DNA of 64,000 nucleotides from Candidatus Neptunichlamydia sp. (GTDB lineage Bacteria; Chlamydiota; Chlamydiia; Chlamydiales; Simkaniaceae): NCBI GenBank assembly GCA_965233865.1, contig OZ247587.1, positions 256,001 to 320,000 of the forward strand, read 5' to 3'. Shown piece by piece: positions 62,470 to 64,000 of this stretch (position 1 is its first letter; each line of letters starts with the position of its first letter). The notes under the pieces were generated by a model. It saw only the letters and a program-made list of their open reading frames with translations, ran no database searches and was not told where the DNA came from. The position numbers and the translations under genes were made by a program.

Positions 62470-62917
62470 GAAGTAATACCTTATTTTTTTTAAGATACTC
62501 CATTGCAGAATTTTCTTCACCCTGCATAATCATTCGTTCTTCTTCTTTTTGGTCATCAAACCCTAGCAAATGAAGAAGACCGTGTATGACATAGAGGGAA
62601 ACTTCGGTATAAGGGTCTTTTTTTTCGTTGTTTGCGTATTCGATTCCTACCTCAGGGCAGACAAAGACTTCTCCTAATACTGAATAGTCTTCTTGCGAAC
62701 TTTCAGGATGATCGATAGGAAATGAGATGCAATCGGTTGCCATGGGGTCGTCGAAAAAATTGTCGTGTAGGCGACAAATCTCTTCTTTTTCAACGAAGTG
62801 GATACTCACTTCGTCACAAGACACTTTCTTCCATTGAAGGAATGTTTGAACAAGGCGCTCTACCGCTCCTTGAGGAGTGGAAAGAGCACGTTGTCGATTG
62901 GCAAACAGAACGTTCAC
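62462..62917 (-). CDS. ybeY: rRNA maturation RNase YbeY
   Basis: TDCISFP, LGEVFVC, HGLLHLLGFDD (third His is Asp here). Confidence 0.9.
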   Translation of the reverse strand: MNVLFANRQRALSTPQGAVERLVQTFLQWKKVSCDEVSIHFVEKEEICRLHDNFFDDPMATDCISFPIDHPESSQEDYSVLGEVFVCPEVGIEYANNEKKDPYTEVSLYVIHGLLHLLGFDDQKEEERMIMQGEENSAMEYLKKNKVLLHE

Positions 62918-63075
62918 TGCATAGTTGGAGTTTTAGGAAGACTGGTGACTTTTTTATCCTCTCCTTCCTTCCATCGTCCTAATTTTTTAAGAACGTCAAT
63001 ACGCTCAAAGCGCTTTAAAACATTCCGTTTTTTGTCAGATTTACTTGATTTTCCGTAACTTGGGTGGCGGGACAT
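62914..63075 (-). CDS. Small basic protein (chlamydial/PVC family)
   Basis: MSRHPSYGKSSKSDKKRNVLKRFERIDVLKKLGRWKEGEDKKVTSLPKT; GTGA overlap with ybeY. Confidence 0.85.
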   Translation of the reverse strand: MSRHPSYGKSSKSDKKRNVLKRFERIDVLKKLGRWKEGEDKKVTSLPKTPTMQ

Positions 63076-63087
63076 GATTCAGATTCC

Positions 63088-63258
63088 TTATTTAACCTTT
63101 GGGATAAACACGGTTTGAGAAGCCTCTCCCGTGAAAACGTTTGCGTGTTCCTTAAACCCCTTTGGGAGGTTATCCTTTTTAGGGCCTGTTTTAACCGATC
63201 CGTAGTGAGGCTTGCGAGGGCATCGCTTTAGGCGATCTTTCTTACTTACTCTAGTCAT
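63088..63258 (-). CDS. Small basic hypothetical protein
   Basis: MTRVSKKDRLKR...; RBS GGAG; conserved position in this operon. Confidence 0.7.
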   Translation of the reverse strand: MTRVSKKDRLKRCPRKPHYGSVKTGPKKDNLPKGFKEHANVFTGEASQTVFIPKVK

Positions 63259-63336
63259 AGATATTCTCCAGTGTAAAGTCAGAATCATACTCCGAGAAAG
63301 AGATAATTTCAAGCGATAAATTACAATCGGTGTAGG

Positions 63337-63759
63337 TTAAATCGTGATAACTGTAAACCCAGCCCCTTTATAGGTTTTATAACTTTCTTGAGCCGCATGA
63401 TGCCGCTGTATTGAAGAGAGATCTTCCAGCTCATAAATTTTGATAAAGCAAAGTTTTTCATTGTCAACGGGTTCTGGGCAGAGGTTTAAAATGCTTCGCG
63501 CTCCATTGGGATTTTCCTTTGTTGAGGTAAGTACCAAATAGTCATTGCAGGGCTGATCCTTGATGACATGGGGTAAAAAGCTATCTTGAGGGGAGCGCCA
63601 AAGAAGAAGATCGACATACTCAAGTGCTTTTAAATGGGGAAGTCGGATCAAGAGAGGCTCTTTTTTTTCAAAATATTCTTCCGCTATTTGAACAATTTTT
63701 TGTCGCTTCTGAGTATCATCGTGTACCTGAAAAAGGGTGACTCTTACATCACGACTCAT
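63337..63759 (-). CDS. holC: DNA polymerase III chi subunit-like
   Basis: YVDLLLWRSPQDSFLPH..ILNL..YKTYKGAG. Confidence 0.75.
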   Translation of the reverse strand: MSRDVRVTLFQVHDDTQKRQKIVQIAEEYFEKKEPLLIRLPHLKALEYVDLLLWRSPQDSFLPHVIKDQPCNDYLVLTSTKENPNGARSILNLCPEPVDNEKLCFIKIYELEDLSSIQRHHAAQESYKTYKGAGFTVITI

Positions 63760-64000
63760 TTTTTTCTTCTCCAGGATGATAAAGACCGCAGGAAAGGAGG
63801 AATTTGAAGAGGTCTTCAGTCTCTATATTTGTATTTTGAATCTCATTTTGGTCATACATGACAAGAAATCCGGAGACTGGGTGGGGAGCAGTAGGAATAA
63901 AAACAGATTGGAGGTTTTTTTGTTTTTCCTGAACCTGATGGGGTGGTTCTCCCGAAAGAAGGCCCAAGGCTCGACATTTTTCGTGAGGGAAGGGGACGGA
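63749..64000 (-). CDS. DUF502 family protein (5' outside window)
   Basis: VFIPTAPHPVSGFLVM..EDLFKFLLSCG. Confidence 0.85.
   Translation of the reverse strand, partial: SVPFPHEKCRALGLLSGEPPHQVQEKQKNLQSVFIPTAPHPVSGFLVMYDQNEIQNTNIETEDLFKFLLSCGLYHPGEEKNES

Noticed and set aside
1..64000. CRISPR array, cas genes, rRNA, prophage structural genes
   Set aside because: No regularly spaced repeats or recognisable motifs seen.

Overview
This 64 kb window most likely comes from an environmental chlamydia (Chlamydiota, possibly Simkaniaceae-like). That is inferred from the conserved block DUF502 / holC / two small basic proteins / ybeY / CBS hemolysin-family / DUF3604 / HEAT-repeat / lptD / DUF1207 / tyrP. 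It has three zones. (1) 1-19.6 kb is a decayed accessory region with IS630, IS6, IS256, IS66, IS5 and IS200 pieces, a tyrosine-recombinase fragment and a Tn21-type resolvase/res site linked to a broken TniA-type transposase. It also holds candidate host-interaction genes: a stand-alone LanM-dehydratase-like (DUF4135) protein, a jacalin-like lectin fragment, and two gene pairs sharing an ENDRDxWDR tail. (2) 19637-45469 is a ~25.8 kb genomic island integrated in a tRNA(CAT), probably Ile2, with a 44-bp att duplication and an integrase remnant. Two near-identical IS5-family copies bracket its cargo. The cargo includes a polymorphic toxin/immunity pair, a MazG-like gene next to a GNAT fused to an apparently dead IS256 transposase core, methyltransferases, an HD hydrolase, transporters, an ankyrin protein, and a giant disrupted transglutaminase-like/Rhs/hydrolase toxin with a lipoprotein immunity candidate. 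(3) 46.7-64 kb is mostly core genome, with a duplicated lptD 3' end enclosing a ~1.8 kb insert, a lipase, and an ankyrin gene inserted between ybeY and the hemolysin-family gene. No CRISPR array or rRNA was seen. All family calls are by-eye motif recognition, not database searches.
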